This document shows positions 25,779 through 35,493 of a stretch of DNA of 64,000 nucleotides, in pieces. This DNA is from a virus (lineage: Duplodnaviria > Caudoviricetes): positions 1 to 64,000 of the IMG/VR virus record IMGVR_UViG_3300017716_001697; one strand, given 5' to 3'. The notes under the pieces were generated by a model. That model saw nothing but the letters and a program-made list of their open reading frames with translations, searched no databases and was not told where the DNA came from. Both the position numbers and the translations under genes were made by a program. Each line of letters opens with the position of its first letter. Position 1 is the stretch's first letter.

Positions 25779-26715
25779 CAACTATTATCAATGTTGCTAT
25801 AACAACAACCTATCACATATAATTAAGACAGATTTCTACGATAAATGGGATATATCGTTTAATCAATCTGTTATTGTACCGACTAAGGTGAGATCGTTCA
25901 GGGAAGAATTGTTGTATGCCTGTGAACTAATGTATGATAATTTTAGGAAACACACGCCCACATTGAATCTATTATTTAGTGGCGGGACAGATTCGGAATG
26001 CCTGTTAAGATGTTTTGTTAACCTGGGCATTCCCGTAAATCCTATTGTTATTATTCATCATCATGTTAAAAATTCGCCGGAAACTCTGCAGGCATTGAGT
26101 GTATGTAATGAATTAAGATTAACACCTACTGTTGTGGATATAAATCTTATAGAACTGGCAACTAATGGTGTTTTTCACGAAATTGGACTAAAATATCAGA
26201 CACCCAGAATAGGTATGCATGAATTGCTGCACACATTAGAAATAATTCGCGAACCTGCAATCTTAGGCGACGAGATAAAACTTAAATTTAGGTCAGCACC
26301 CGATAAGATTCCCACAGATGTTGAGGACGATCAACAATGGTATTTTTACATAGAGGAAGACCAAGACGGTGTATTTAATCGATATCAGCATGTTTCGGGT
26401 ATACCGATGATATCGGATTCTTTTAGATATACACCTGCCTGTTGGGCAGCAATGATTCTTACGCCCGAGATGAAGGATATAGTATTCAACGATAGAAAAA
26501 AAGCATCCGGTCTGACAACAAAGAATGCTATGATGAGTAGAGAATTTGGTGTTAGATATAGGGAAAAGACGAATGTCTTTATTGAGGGCAGTTTACATCA
26601 AAATTCGAGAAATAAATTATTTACTGAGTTGTCATCGGTTTTATTCCCATTCAGTGATGTATACATTGAGTATAATAAATTGTTATCTAAATTAGGCGTA
26701 GAATATGAAGTATAG
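25765..26715 (+). CDS. PP-loop adenine-nucleotide alpha-hydrolase (Asn-synthase-like)
   Basis: LFSGGTDSE. Confidence 0.65.
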   Translation: MHVHDNYYQCCYNNNLSHIIKTDFYDKWDISFNQSVIVPTKVRSFREELLYACELMYDNFRKHTPTLNLLFSGGTDSECLLRCFVNLGIPVNPIVIIHHHVKNSPETLQALSVCNELRLTPTVVDINLIELATNGVFHEIGLKYQTPRIGMHELLHTLEIIREPAILGDEIKLKFRSAPDKIPTDVEDDQQWYFYIEEDQDGVFNRYQHVSGIPMISDSFRYTPACWAAMILTPEMKDIVFNDRKKASGLTTKNAMMSREFGVRYREKTNVFIEGSLHQNSRNKLFTELSSVLFPFSDVYIEYNKLLSKLGVEYEV

Positions 26716-27256
26716 AGTATTAACATCTGCTGATAAAAATCCATGTGTTAAAATGTTGTCAGCGAATGAATCGTTTCGCATTACACCACCACCGCGTGTA
26801 TTGTCATTATCTAATTATTACCTAAATGATGTTACTGAATTAATGTCTGTATTTGGTGAATTTTCGGACGATGGAGAATTACAGGCATGCCTTTTTGCTA
26901 GCTTTTCAACATATAATAGGTCATGGACAATTGATTATATTGTTAAATCTGACAACAAGAAATTGACATCATTGTCCGGACTTATACAATATGTAGTTGC
27001 ATACGCAGAACACAGAGAATATCATACAATGTATGCTGTATATTTTGACAAGAATGATACAAAGTGTGAACGATTTTTAGCAAGATATTGTAATTTTATG
27101 CCGAGATATACGGCGGCAACAGAAACAGTTATTTCTAATAACAAAAAATCTTCGTTTGATGGTTATTGGGAGAGATTTCAAAAATTTACCATGCACGATA
27201 GACGCATGATAATTAAGCAGTATTCGTTAAAACAGATCCACAGAACAATTATTTAG
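26705..27256 (+). CDS. Hypothetical protein, possible GNAT fold
   Basis: Coupled ORF; weak fold impression only. Confidence 0.5.
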   Translation: MKYRVLTSADKNPCVKMLSANESFRITPPPRVLSLSNYYLNDVTELMSVFGEFSDDGELQACLFASFSTYNRSWTIDYIVKSDNKKLTSLSGLIQYVVAYAEHREYHTMYAVYFDKNDTKCERFLARYCNFMPRYTAATETVISNNKKSSFDGYWERFQKFTMHDRRMIIKQYSLKQIHRTII

Positions 27257-27263
27257 GAGCATT

Positions 27264-27845
27264 ATGCTAGCAAACTTATTTTCAATCGGTGATCGAAATT
27301 ATCTCAACAACGCTGTAGTAATTTCAGATGCACTTGAGACCATCACTTCTATATTCGGTGACGTCACTGATTTTAAAATTCAATTCAAGAAACCGTTCTT
27401 GTCACAGGGTGAATTTAAGATCAGCACTGATAAATTAATTGGCAATATCGTTGGCACATTTCAGACAATGGGTGTTAATTTTTACTTTTCATACACACCC
27501 ACTGACATAGAATTAGAAAATAAGACTGCAACCGGCACCGATGTGTCGGTTACGGTGAACCCATTCAACGTGTGTTATTATATCACTGATAAGTGTCGAG
27601 GGGTTATTGAGGCGGGCTTTGAGCGTGTATATGGCCCTATGAAGCCGGCCGACAAAGTTATTTTTGTTATCTTTGAAATTCCGGATACCGGGGTTTTTAA
27701 TGAAATAATTAGGCAACAGCATATGCCGGAAATGCGAACCACTGATGCGCAGCAAACTGGCGATCGCAGATTTATGACTTCAGTTTATGTAGGGGATAAA
27801 TTGCTAGGCCACCGCCATAGTACAGTAAAGGAATTTACTGTATGA
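27264..27845 (+). CDS. Hypothetical protein
   Basis: AGGAG RBS. Confidence 0.7.
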   Translation: MLANLFSIGDRNYLNNAVVISDALETITSIFGDVTDFKIQFKKPFLSQGEFKISTDKLIGNIVGTFQTMGVNFYFSYTPTDIELENKTATGTDVSVTVNPFNVCYYITDKCRGVIEAGFERVYGPMKPADKVIFVIFEIPDTGVFNEIIRQQHMPEMRTTDAQQTGDRRFMTSVYVGDKLLGHRHSTVKEFTV

Positions 27846-28708
27846 CATATTGGAATGAAGTTAACGACTCTCATATCCCATTATGGGATGCAGAACAATA
27901 TCAGAGCTATAGTCGCATTAAACACGAAATAAATCAGCAAGGATACCGTGGGGACACCCTTGCCCCGAGTGAAGTTGTATATTTAGGTACGTGCGATGTA
28001 ATGTCCAGTATTACAGATAGCAAACAAAGATGGTGCGAATTAATACACTCGACATTGCACAATGATCAGCCATTAATTGCGCTAGGCACAGTGGGCTCGG
28101 GTGTTGCCTCGATGGTACGACGTTTATATTCATACATACAAAATTACGGTGCACCGAAATATCTGTATATGACGTTACCGAGGTTTGACAGCTATGAGTA
28201 TGTTAATAAATCCGGGGAGTGCTACAGTGTTAGCAGTAGGGTAGGCACCGCAACGTTCTGTCATAAATCCAATTTAGTAGATCAAGAAGAACTCGACGTC
28301 TGGTTAGCGCAGCTAGCAGCAAATAAGGCACTTATGAATATTCACAATATGACGTATATCCTTGAAGAAAGATTTGCATTCATTGAGACGTTGTGCAGAG
28401 CCCACAACATAGAACTAAAATGGTCATTCAATCCGTCTGATGCATCTATCTTTATTTTGAATAATAACGTCTCTGCATTTGAAAATATAAGTGATTTTAT
28501 GAAAGCTGCCTTTGTCGGGTTGCCACTAGTGAAAGACCATTTGTTTGACCGCACGATAGGCATAGAAACTCATAAAGAACTTTATTCTAAATTTCAAAAT
28601 TCTGATAAATGGGATTATACCGAATTATGTAATACCAGTGCTTCTAATTTAGCATGGTCGTTGTCAAAATACGGCGACGAACCTATTAAGATGGAGAATA
28701 GGTACTAA
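27842..28708 (+). CDS. Hypothetical protein (SGNH-like N-terminus)
   Basis: INQQGYRGD...YLGTCD pattern. Confidence 0.55.
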   Translation: MTYWNEVNDSHIPLWDAEQYQSYSRIKHEINQQGYRGDTLAPSEVVYLGTCDVMSSITDSKQRWCELIHSTLHNDQPLIALGTVGSGVASMVRRLYSYIQNYGAPKYLYMTLPRFDSYEYVNKSGECYSVSSRVGTATFCHKSNLVDQEELDVWLAQLAANKALMNIHNMTYILEERFAFIETLCRAHNIELKWSFNPSDASIFILNNNVSAFENISDFMKAAFVGLPLVKDHLFDRTIGIETHKELYSKFQNSDKWDYTELCNTSASNLAWSLSKYGDEPIKMENRY

Positions 28709-29316
28709 TTGAACACGAAGTCGTTATTATCTGTTGCAATATCTATTAACAAATGTATGCGATCCTTAGAGGAAAGATTTTTTAATCCGTGAGTCTTAAG
28801 ATTGTCTAATTGTATTAATTGCCCAGCAGGCATGAAGTATGATTCACCGACTTTCCCACATGTCCATCTTACCATGTCGTTAGTAATTAGCGGAACATGG
28901 AATCTTTTATAATATTTAAAATAATCACCTTCATCTGTATGTTCGGGTATTACGCCACCGGCTAGCAAATTTACAAGCATTATTCTTCCCATCTTCTTGC
29001 CGTCGACACGATTATATATCCAACTGACAATCTTGTCTGTTGCCATGTAGTTATATCTAATGGGTGAGTCTACACAGTTGATAATTTTAGCAGCATTAGC
29101 CATAACTCCCGGGCGATATCCGCCATCATTGTTGGCCCCAATTGAGACACCTGATGTATTGTGTGGTATTCTTAAATGTACAGCATAACTGGTTGTGAAT
29201 ATGGGGTGCAATCGCCGGGCATCGATAAAATCAGGCTTCTCCCAGTTTATTGATTGTATTTCTTTAAGTGTATCGGACATATAATCTGTCGGGACACGAT
29301 CAATAATTTTTATCAT
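28705..29316 (-). CDS. Aspartyl/asparaginyl beta-hydroxylase-like oxygenase
   Basis: IPEHTDEG...RFHVPLITN...HGLKN...RIHL. Confidence 0.8.
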   Translation of the reverse strand: MIKIIDRVPTDYMSDTLKEIQSINWEKPDFIDARRLHPIFTTSYAVHLRIPHNTSGVSIGANNDGGYRPGVMANAAKIINCVDSPIRYNYMATDKIVSWIYNRVDGKKMGRIMLVNLLAGGVIPEHTDEGDYFKYYKRFHVPLITNDMVRWTCGKVGESYFMPAGQLIQLDNLKTHGLKNLSSKDRIHLLIDIATDNNDFVFN

Positions 29317-29378
29317 ATACTATATTTATCATAGTCCATTACAGTATGATAAATACACTTATAATAACGGAGACACAC

Positions 29379-29783
29379 ATGGGTATACTTTCTTTCGTAA
29401 TGGGTAATAAGAATTTAATTATGCTGGCAATACTTGCTGCTACTTTTCTGGGCGGATTAGTTTATATTAAAGTTCTTAAGAGCGAATTGGCCACAGCAAT
29501 TGCAGAAAAAAATGTAGTAATTGCTGAGTTGCAGGTATCGCAAGCGTCTGTCAAGAGTTTAATGAATTCGTTAGATGAGCAGAACAAAGCAATAGAGAAA
29601 TTAAAGACTGCGGCCGACGCCAGGGTAGCTGCACATGCAGTCGCATTAGCTAAGGCTAAAGAAACATCAATGTTATATTCTAAACAGGCACAGTATCTAA
29701 TGAGTTTACAGCCGCCTGTCGACCGCCCACGCTGTGACGCTGCAAATGATTTATTTAATTTGGAGATTCAAAATGCAAAGTAA
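29379..29783 (+). CDS. Inner-membrane spanin (Rz-like)
   Basis: N-terminal TM helix plus long coiled coil, overlapping a lipoprotein gene. Confidence 0.7.
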   Translation: MGILSFVMGNKNLIMLAILAATFLGGLVYIKVLKSELATAIAEKNVVIAELQVSQASVKSLMNSLDEQNKAIEKLKTAADARVAAHAVALAKAKETSMLYSKQAQYLMSLQPPVDRPRCDAANDLFNLEIQNAK

Positions 29784-30045
29784 ATTAATACTCACATTGG
29801 CTACATTAAGCTTGATTGGTTGTGCAACAACAGAGCCGGTGATCAATACTGTGATTCAGCGTGTTGAAGTACCTATTGCGGTGCCGTGCAAGGCTGTAGT
29901 GCCTACCAGACCAGAATATAACTTTGATAAGATTACTGTAGATCAGGATATCTATAAGAAGACGCAAGCAATTTTAGCTGATAGAAAATTGCGTCAAGGA
30001 TATGAGGTGGAATTAGAAGCAGCATTAAACTCGTGCATTAAGTAG
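29773..30045 (+). CDS. Outer-membrane spanin lipoprotein (Rz1-like)
   Basis: Lipobox LIGC; Pro-containing linker. Confidence 0.7.
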   Translation: MQSKLILTLATLSLIGCATTEPVINTVIQRVEVPIAVPCKAVVPTRPEYNFDKITVDQDIYKKTQAILADRKLRQGYEVELEAALNSCIK

Positions 30046-30052
30046 ATGTGGC

Positions 30053-30526
30053 ATGAACAAGATATTCGCACTATCGATTGTTATAAGTTTATTGTGCCAT
30101 ATCGGTGTTGTTATATCTGCGATTACACCGCAAGAACCGATTAGTACTAGTGTTACAGCGCCAGAGAACCGAATGGCAATTAAGCTATTACCACCAGAGC
30201 AGTTAGCAACGATACGACCAGCATTTTTAAAATCTGATGAATATTATAAGCCGACGCACCATCCGTATAGCAAAGAAGGGATTTGTGAAGGCAAGGATAA
30301 GAATTACATCGGTATTGGCATGATGATTCAGCCCGGAACACGGTTGGTAATTAATGTGCCAGAGATGTATCCTGCGTATCGAGCAGGCATTCGGGTAAAT
30401 GATGTCATTGTGGACCCGTACGGTCCTGTAATTGACCGTGCCGGTTATATTGAATTCGGGGTAGAACGGGACAATGTTATATCTCGTGTACGAATCAAGG
30501 CAGAAAAGATATGTTATACTGGATAG
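30053..30526 (+). CDS. Membrane-anchored PDZ-like protein
   Basis: N-terminal hydrophobic segment; PAYRAGIRVNDVI. Confidence 0.55.
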   Translation: MNKIFALSIVISLLCHIGVVISAITPQEPISTSVTAPENRMAIKLLPPEQLATIRPAFLKSDEYYKPTHHPYSKEGICEGKDKNYIGIGMMIQPGTRLVINVPEMYPAYRAGIRVNDVIVDPYGPVIDRAGYIEFGVERDNVISRVRIKAEKICYTG

Positions 30527-30554
30527 TTGACACCTTAACGCTAAGTAGTATAAT
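30527..30554 (+). promoter_or_regulatory. sigma70 promoter of tmRNA
   Basis: TTGACA-N16-TATAAT. Confidence 0.75.
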
Positions 30555-30560
30555 AAAGGT

Positions 30561-30848
30561 ACTGTTGTAATCCCTTCGAAGCGAAGGCAGGCAAGACGCG
30601 GGTTCGAATCCCGCCAGGTCCACCAAAATCATATTCGAAAAATAAAATCCATAACACGTTATGGTGTGAGTATGATTCTGATGGGCCTGCTCCGGAAATC
30701 GATTGCGTGAGATAGTAGAGACGGCAACACGAGAGGCGATGGACGTAATCCAAGCAAAACTAGTAAATGCAAACGCAGATACATTCGCTCTTGTAGCCTA
30801 AGAAACTCAAAGCTGAGGTAGGACTTACCTTATAACCAAAACAACCAA
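30561..30848 (+). ncRNA. ssrA: Circularly permuted two-piece tmRNA
   Basis: Acceptor piece ends GACGCGGGTTCGAATCCCGCCAGGTCCACCA (30625); hairpin spacer; coding piece starts GGGCCTG (30683); tag ANADTFALVA* at 30769-30801. Confidence 0.92.
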
Positions 30849-30849
30849 T

Positions 30850-30872
30850 GGGGGCTTCGGCCCCTATTTTTA
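30850..30872 (+). terminator. Terminator after tmRNA
   Basis: GGGGC-TTCG-GCCCC plus T-run. Confidence 0.85.
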
Positions 30873-30918
30873 TGAATATAATGGTGTTTATTATATTAAA
30901 AATATAGATAAATATAGG

Positions 30919-31311
30919 ATGATACTAAAATGGTCATCGGCAATGTTAATAGGTAATGAAATACTTGACAATCAGCACAAGCTAATATTTGAGTTGGTTA
31001 ATATCGTTGCAGCCGAAGAAAATGAAGCGCATTTCAAGACAAATTTCTTAGAGTTGTTTGAGGGTATAAGCATTCATTTTCATTATGAAGAAGAGTTGAT
31101 GAAAGAAATTGACTACCCCGATTACAGAAAACATATAGAAGATCATTTTATATTGACAAATACCTTGAATGTTATACGTACAGAAATTGACAATAACATC
31201 GTCGATATTGAGCACTTTCGTGAATTTGTTAAGACCTGGGCATATGGGCATATACCGGGTGATGATGCGGACTTAGTTAACTATCTACAAAAACACAGAT
31301 CTTTAACTTAA
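30919..31311 (+). CDS. Bacteriohemerythrin
   Basis: DNQH...HFHYEE...H...H...HI..DD iron ligands. Confidence 0.88.
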   Translation: MILKWSSAMLIGNEILDNQHKLIFELVNIVAAEENEAHFKTNFLELFEGISIHFHYEEELMKEIDYPDYRKHIEDHFILTNTLNVIRTEIDNNIVDIEHFREFVKTWAYGHIPGDDADLVNYLQKHRSLT

Positions 31312-31410
31312 CTTGTGACACATATGATGTGATAAATACTTTTGTCGCATAGTGTGACTAACAGAATTAAACAACCAAGCACTTATTCTGTGTGCTGTAA
31401 AAAGGAAAAT

Positions 31411-32307
31411 ATGATGTACCAAGACAAGCTGGCCGTAGCTATCAAACACAACGGCAAAATCCTCCGCGAAACAAAAGACCTAGTTCATTTACCATTTGGT
31501 AGTGAATTCAGTGTTCTAGTTAAAAACCTCAATTCTAGGCGTGTAAAGTTTACACTTAGCATTGACGGTGCAAATGCGTTAGATGATACAGAAATCATTG
31601 TTAATGCAAATTCTGAAACAGAAATCAAACGCTTTATTCGCAATGGTAATATGGATGAAGGTAACGCATTCAAGTTCATTGAGCGTACACAGGCAATCGA
31701 GGATGGTCCACGCGGCATTAAAGTCGATGATGGTGTAGTACGTGTTGAATTTTGGTTTGAAAAGGAAAAGCCACAGATTACAGTAAAAGACATTTATTGG
31801 GAAAAGCACCATTATCGTGACTTTTATCCGCAACAAAATATTTGGACCACAACATACGGCAGTGGTCCCACTGTGTACGGGATGTCTAACATAAGCGGAG
31901 CAAGTGGTTCTATTGCTTCTGCGACATCTGCCACATTAGATAGTGGAAAAATTACAGCACAATCATTGAATAGTGTCACACGTGGGATGACAGATGAAGT
32001 ACGTAAACAGAATACTTCGGCGCCGCATACAGGTGTGAAAGAAGTTGACACTTCTGAACTGATTAATGATGTAGGCATTACCGTACCGGGTTCTAAAGTA
32101 GATCAAAAGTTTACTACTGTATACGGATTTGATTCTGAAACTCAGTCACATGTAATTGTGTTACGCTTGGTTGGTGTAAGTGGTGATAAGGTTGTAACTC
32201 AACCAATCACTGTAGCAGCAAAACCGACATGTGTGACATGTGGTAGAGTAAATAAGGCAACATCCAAATTTTGCACCGCTTGCGGAACAAGTTTGACTCT
32301 GCTATAA
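31411..32307 (+). CDS. Hypothetical protein with C-terminal zinc ribbon
   Basis: CVTCG...FCTACG. Confidence 0.75.
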   Translation: MMYQDKLAVAIKHNGKILRETKDLVHLPFGSEFSVLVKNLNSRRVKFTLSIDGANALDDTEIIVNANSETEIKRFIRNGNMDEGNAFKFIERTQAIEDGPRGIKVDDGVVRVEFWFEKEKPQITVKDIYWEKHHYRDFYPQQNIWTTTYGSGPTVYGMSNISGASGSIASATSATLDSGKITAQSLNSVTRGMTDEVRKQNTSAPHTGVKEVDTSELINDVGITVPGSKVDQKFTTVYGFDSETQSHVIVLRLVGVSGDKVVTQPITVAAKPTCVTCGRVNKATSKFCTACGTSLTLL

Positions 32308-32323
32308 TTTAAACACTAGACAC

Positions 32324-32673
32324 TACAAATAACATATACCAAAGTAGCATAAAGAATGCGCTGCGAAAGCAGAGAGCCTGGCAAGAGCATTACCGGTAAG
32401 GCAATCTATGTTATTTGTATTGGATAGTGTGTTTAAATATTGAGTTTTATCTTGACTGCATATACATACCGAATTTACTGTTATGTCGCAAACTCAATAT
32501 TTAAACACAACCAATACACATGTCTGTAGAATAAAGGTAGTTCGGTAGCTTTCAACTTCGGGTGCTGGTTCGAGTCCAGACAGGCTGCTGTGTATTAGTA
32601 TGTTTATAAATTAAGTATAAAGGTGTTATTGCATACCCGTCTTTGAAATGGGTGGATCTACTTAATTTATAAA
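32324..32673 (+). ncRNA. Cluster of three 'stem-TA...C-stem' elements plus a degenerate tRNA-Glu-like RNA
   Basis: Inverted repeats 32324-32419, 32417-32517, 32603-32673; last holds D arm plus Gln(TTG) anticodon arm. Confidence 0.55.
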
Positions 32674-32680
32674 TAGATAG

Positions 32681-32753
32681 TACCGTGCCAAGGGTGCAAC
32701 TTTACCGCTCTTAGATGTAAGGGAGGTGGGTTCAATTCCTGCAACGGTAACCA
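32681..32753 (+). tRNA. Degenerate tRNA-Lys(CTT)-like
   Basis: TACCGT/ACGGTA, T arm, CCA, loop CTCTTAG. Confidence 0.45.
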
Positions 32754-32888
32754 ACACATTGTATCTGGGAAGAATTTACTGATCTCTTATTAGGGTATCT
32801 TTAATAATATTGTTGTAATTGTAGGTTCGATTCCTATAACAGTGTAATAGACAGGCAGATAAATATAGCTTTAACAAAGGAGAATAAA

Positions 32889-32921
32889 ATGCAATAGGTT
32901 TTAAATAACGGTCCACCATAA
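32889..32921 (+). promoter_or_regulatory. Minigene MQ*(amber)VLNNGPP*
   Basis: AAGGAG RBS then ATG CAA TAG GTT TTA AAT AAC GGT CCA CCA TAA. Confidence 0.55.
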
Positions 32922-32980
32922 AATTATTGAATGAGTCAGTAAGAAACACATTTGATTAAATTTTATAAAGGACAATAATC

Positions 32981-33352
32981 ATGGAATATATTATCAGTAA
33001 AGAAGAGTATCTAAGCGCAACAACAGCTTGGACAAAGATTGCAAACCGTACAGCTACGGATCACATTTTCTACAACGCTCTTCGCGGACACGACCTTAAA
33101 CGCGGTTTTAGTCCAATCAAAGAAAACAGCCCTAAATTAGCAAACGGTGCACAGCCATGGCAAGCATTTGATCAAGCCAAGCAGGACGCACGCTGGTCTC
33201 TACGTGCAAACGAAGGTTTACGCGGTGATACACCGGAACGTACTGCAAGGCGCGAATTAGAATACAAAGATCGTATAGAATCCCTAAGTAAAAAGTTCGG
33301 GGTAACTTTTACTCCAGAGCTAATTAATACATTAAGGGAATTATTAAAATGA
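32981..33352 (+). CDS. Hypothetical phage protein
   Basis: AAGGA RBS. Confidence 0.75.
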   Translation: MEYIISKEEYLSATTAWTKIANRTATDHIFYNALRGHDLKRGFSPIKENSPKLANGAQPWQAFDQAKQDARWSLRANEGLRGDTPERTARRELEYKDRIESLSKKFGVTFTPELINTLRELLK

Positions 33353-33669
33353 ATCCATATATCTACACATTCATCCGAGACGACATTTCGCCCGAGCAAA
33401 AGATCGTTCAACTCGGCCACGCAGCGTGGGAGGCAGGTTTGCGATTTAAGAAGCCGAATAAGATTGCAAGTCTTATCCTTTTACATGCAGATGATGAGGA
33501 TGACCTAGAGTCTATAGCACGCGAGTTAGACGAGAAAGGCATTGAATTTTACATGTTTTATGAGCCTGACAACATGATGGGCCACAGTGCTATATGTACA
33601 AGACCCATCACGACAGAATCTGAACGGCAAATATTCAGTAAGTGGGAACTATACAGCCACACCTATTGA
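33349..33669 (+). CDS. Peptidyl-tRNA hydrolase 2 (Pth2)-like protein
   Basis: IRDDIS...VQLGHAA...FYEPD...SAICTRP. Confidence 0.65.
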   Translation: MNPYIYTFIRDDISPEQKIVQLGHAAWEAGLRFKKPNKIASLILLHADDEDDLESIARELDEKGIEFYMFYEPDNMMGHSAICTRPITTESERQIFSKWELYSHTY

Positions 33670-33694
33670 CAGTAAACAAATGTGCATATACAAT
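33666..33694 (+). promoter_or_regulatory. sigma70 promoter of suppressor tRNA
   Basis: TTGACA-N17-TACAAT. Confidence 0.75.
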
Positions 33695-33704
33695 ATGCAC
33701 ACAT

Positions 33705-33780
33705 GCGCCTTTAGCTCAGTTGGTAGAGCAGCGGATTCTAAATCTGTAGGTCAGGGGTTCGAGTCCCCTATCGCGCACCA
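33705..33780 (+). tRNA. Amber-suppressor tRNA (CTA)
   Basis: GCGGA-TTCTAAA-TCTGT anticodon arm; canonical D and T arms; CCA; two acceptor mismatches. Confidence 0.8.
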
Positions 33781-33789
33781 AATTTTACT

Positions 33790-34479
33790 ATGAAGAGTAT
33801 TTTTATACAGCATTTAAGGCAGGACAGATATTACGATGTAGTTTCGTGGTGTGTCATTAATATCGGTCCTTTTAATTTTTGCGCAATGCCGTATATGCTA
33901 GACGAACCGCACGAATTTATGTTTAATAATGACGAGCATGCAACAATGTTTAAATTGAAGTTTGGTTAACATGTCAACCTTTACGTTATTAGAATCAGAC
34001 CAAGATCAGGTACTGGACTGGTGCAATGATAATCTATCGCCGCTGGATGGTGTTCATAGATTTCAATGGTTTCCATTTTATAGATTGCATAATCAGCCAG
34101 CATTTAGGGTAAGCATAAAATATCCGGAAGATGCATTGGTGTTTGCATTGAGATGGACCGGAGCAGTAAAGGTATAATGTCGCACATGTATTATACACCT
34201 GAATTGAAGCAGAGCCCTGAGCACTTCCGCAATTATCCGGCAAATGTTGATGCACTTAGGGAATATTATTCAGTAAGGATAGAAGTGAGGTGCCCCTATT
34301 GGGAACCGGATGTACAAGCAGAATTTCACAACAGATTGACACAATATCTCTCTGCCCATCTCGTTGAAGGTACATGGAAAGTTCAAATTGTACAATTTAA
34401 AGCATTTAATTATTTCTGGTTTATACACAACGAAGACGCAGTAGCATTTATGTTAAAATATGATGGAAAAAGAGTATGA
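33790..34479 (+). CDS. Three small paralogous hypothetical proteins (33790-33969, 33971-34177, 34177-34479)
   Basis: Shared C-terminal F-x-F...A-x-x-F-x-L-[KR]-[FWY] pattern. Confidence 0.6.
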
Positions 34480-34658
34480 ATATAGAACAAGATTTTGCAA
34501 CAGAAGTAAATAAGTTAAATAAGATTGCATATAATCTAATTGCACCTATGCCTGACAGAATTATCTCTCTATGCAGACTGTACGAATTGTACAAGGGTGA
34601 CGTGAAACAGCAAAATACAATTGTGAAACGTATCGAATCAGTAGTAAGAGAAGTATGA
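34476..34658 (+). CDS. Small hypothetical protein
   Basis: Coupled ATGA overlaps. Confidence 0.6.
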   Translation: MNIEQDFATEVNKLNKIAYNLIAPMPDRIISLCRLYELYKGDVKQQNTIVKRIESVVREV

Positions 34659-35104
34659 CACGCATTAATTTAGTACCAGTTGATACGCTGGCAGATCAGC
34701 ATTTATTTGCAGAATGGCGCGAAATTAAAATGGTACCTGCAGCCTTGCGAAGATCGTTAAGAACTCGTGCAGTGAAAAGTATTCTAAACGGTATTCCGGA
34801 AAGATATACTCTAAATAAGGGTCACGTTACGTTCTTCTTTAACAAGATGAAGTTTTTAACTGAGAGATATGAATTACTCACAGCGGAATTACTGAAACGA
34901 GACTACAATATTGTAAGTAATCATTTTAGTTTCTTTACGTTCGATATTCCTGGCGAATTTAAGGTTGTAGAATGGTTACCGAGCAATAGTGAAATTAATG
35001 TCAATATTGCTCGTATTGTTTTGCGATTAAATGAACGGCCTACATGGTACAGACATTACGGTAAAGTAACTAATCCATCATTCTTTGAAGAGATATATTC
35101 ATGA
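34655..35104 (+). CDS. denV: Pyrimidine-dimer DNA glycosylase/endonuclease V
   Basis: MTRINL...DQHLFAEWREI...YTLNKGHVTFFFNK. Confidence 0.92.
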   Translation: MTRINLVPVDTLADQHLFAEWREIKMVPAALRRSLRTRAVKSILNGIPERYTLNKGHVTFFFNKMKFLTERYELLTAELLKRDYNIVSNHFSFFTFDIPGEFKVVEWLPSNSEINVNIARIVLRLNERPTWYRHYGKVTNPSFFEEIYS

Positions 35105-35493
35105 AAGTAGGGGTCACTGGTACACGCGAGGGCATGAGCCAACATCAAAAAGAGCAGTTTGTTGTAAAATTCTTTGAACTTAATGTTACTGAATTTCATC
35201 ACGGTGATTGTTTAGGTGCAGATGCCGAAGCACATGATATTGTTAGAGAATTTTTTCCTGCTGTGAGAATCATTGTTCACCCGCCACGTTCCTCATATAT
35301 GCGAGCATATAGGCAAGGCGATGAAACACGGCCCCCGGCTGATTATATTCCGCGTGACAAAAATATTGTTAATGAAACAGAATACTTAATTGCTGCACCA
35401 TTAACTGATGCAGAAGTCATAAGAAGCGGAACATGGACAACAATTCGTCATGCTCGCAAAACAAAGAAACCAAACACAATATTGGAGCGATGA
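35101..35493 (+). CDS. SLOG-superfamily nucleotide-binding protein
   Basis: GVTGTR...HHGDCLGAD...SGTWTT. Confidence 0.7.
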   Translation: MKVGVTGTREGMSQHQKEQFVVKFFELNVTEFHHGDCLGADAEAHDIVREFFPAVRIIVHPPRSSYMRAYRQGDETRPPADYIPRDKNIVNETEYLIAAPLTDAEVIRSGTWTTIRHARKTKKPNTILER

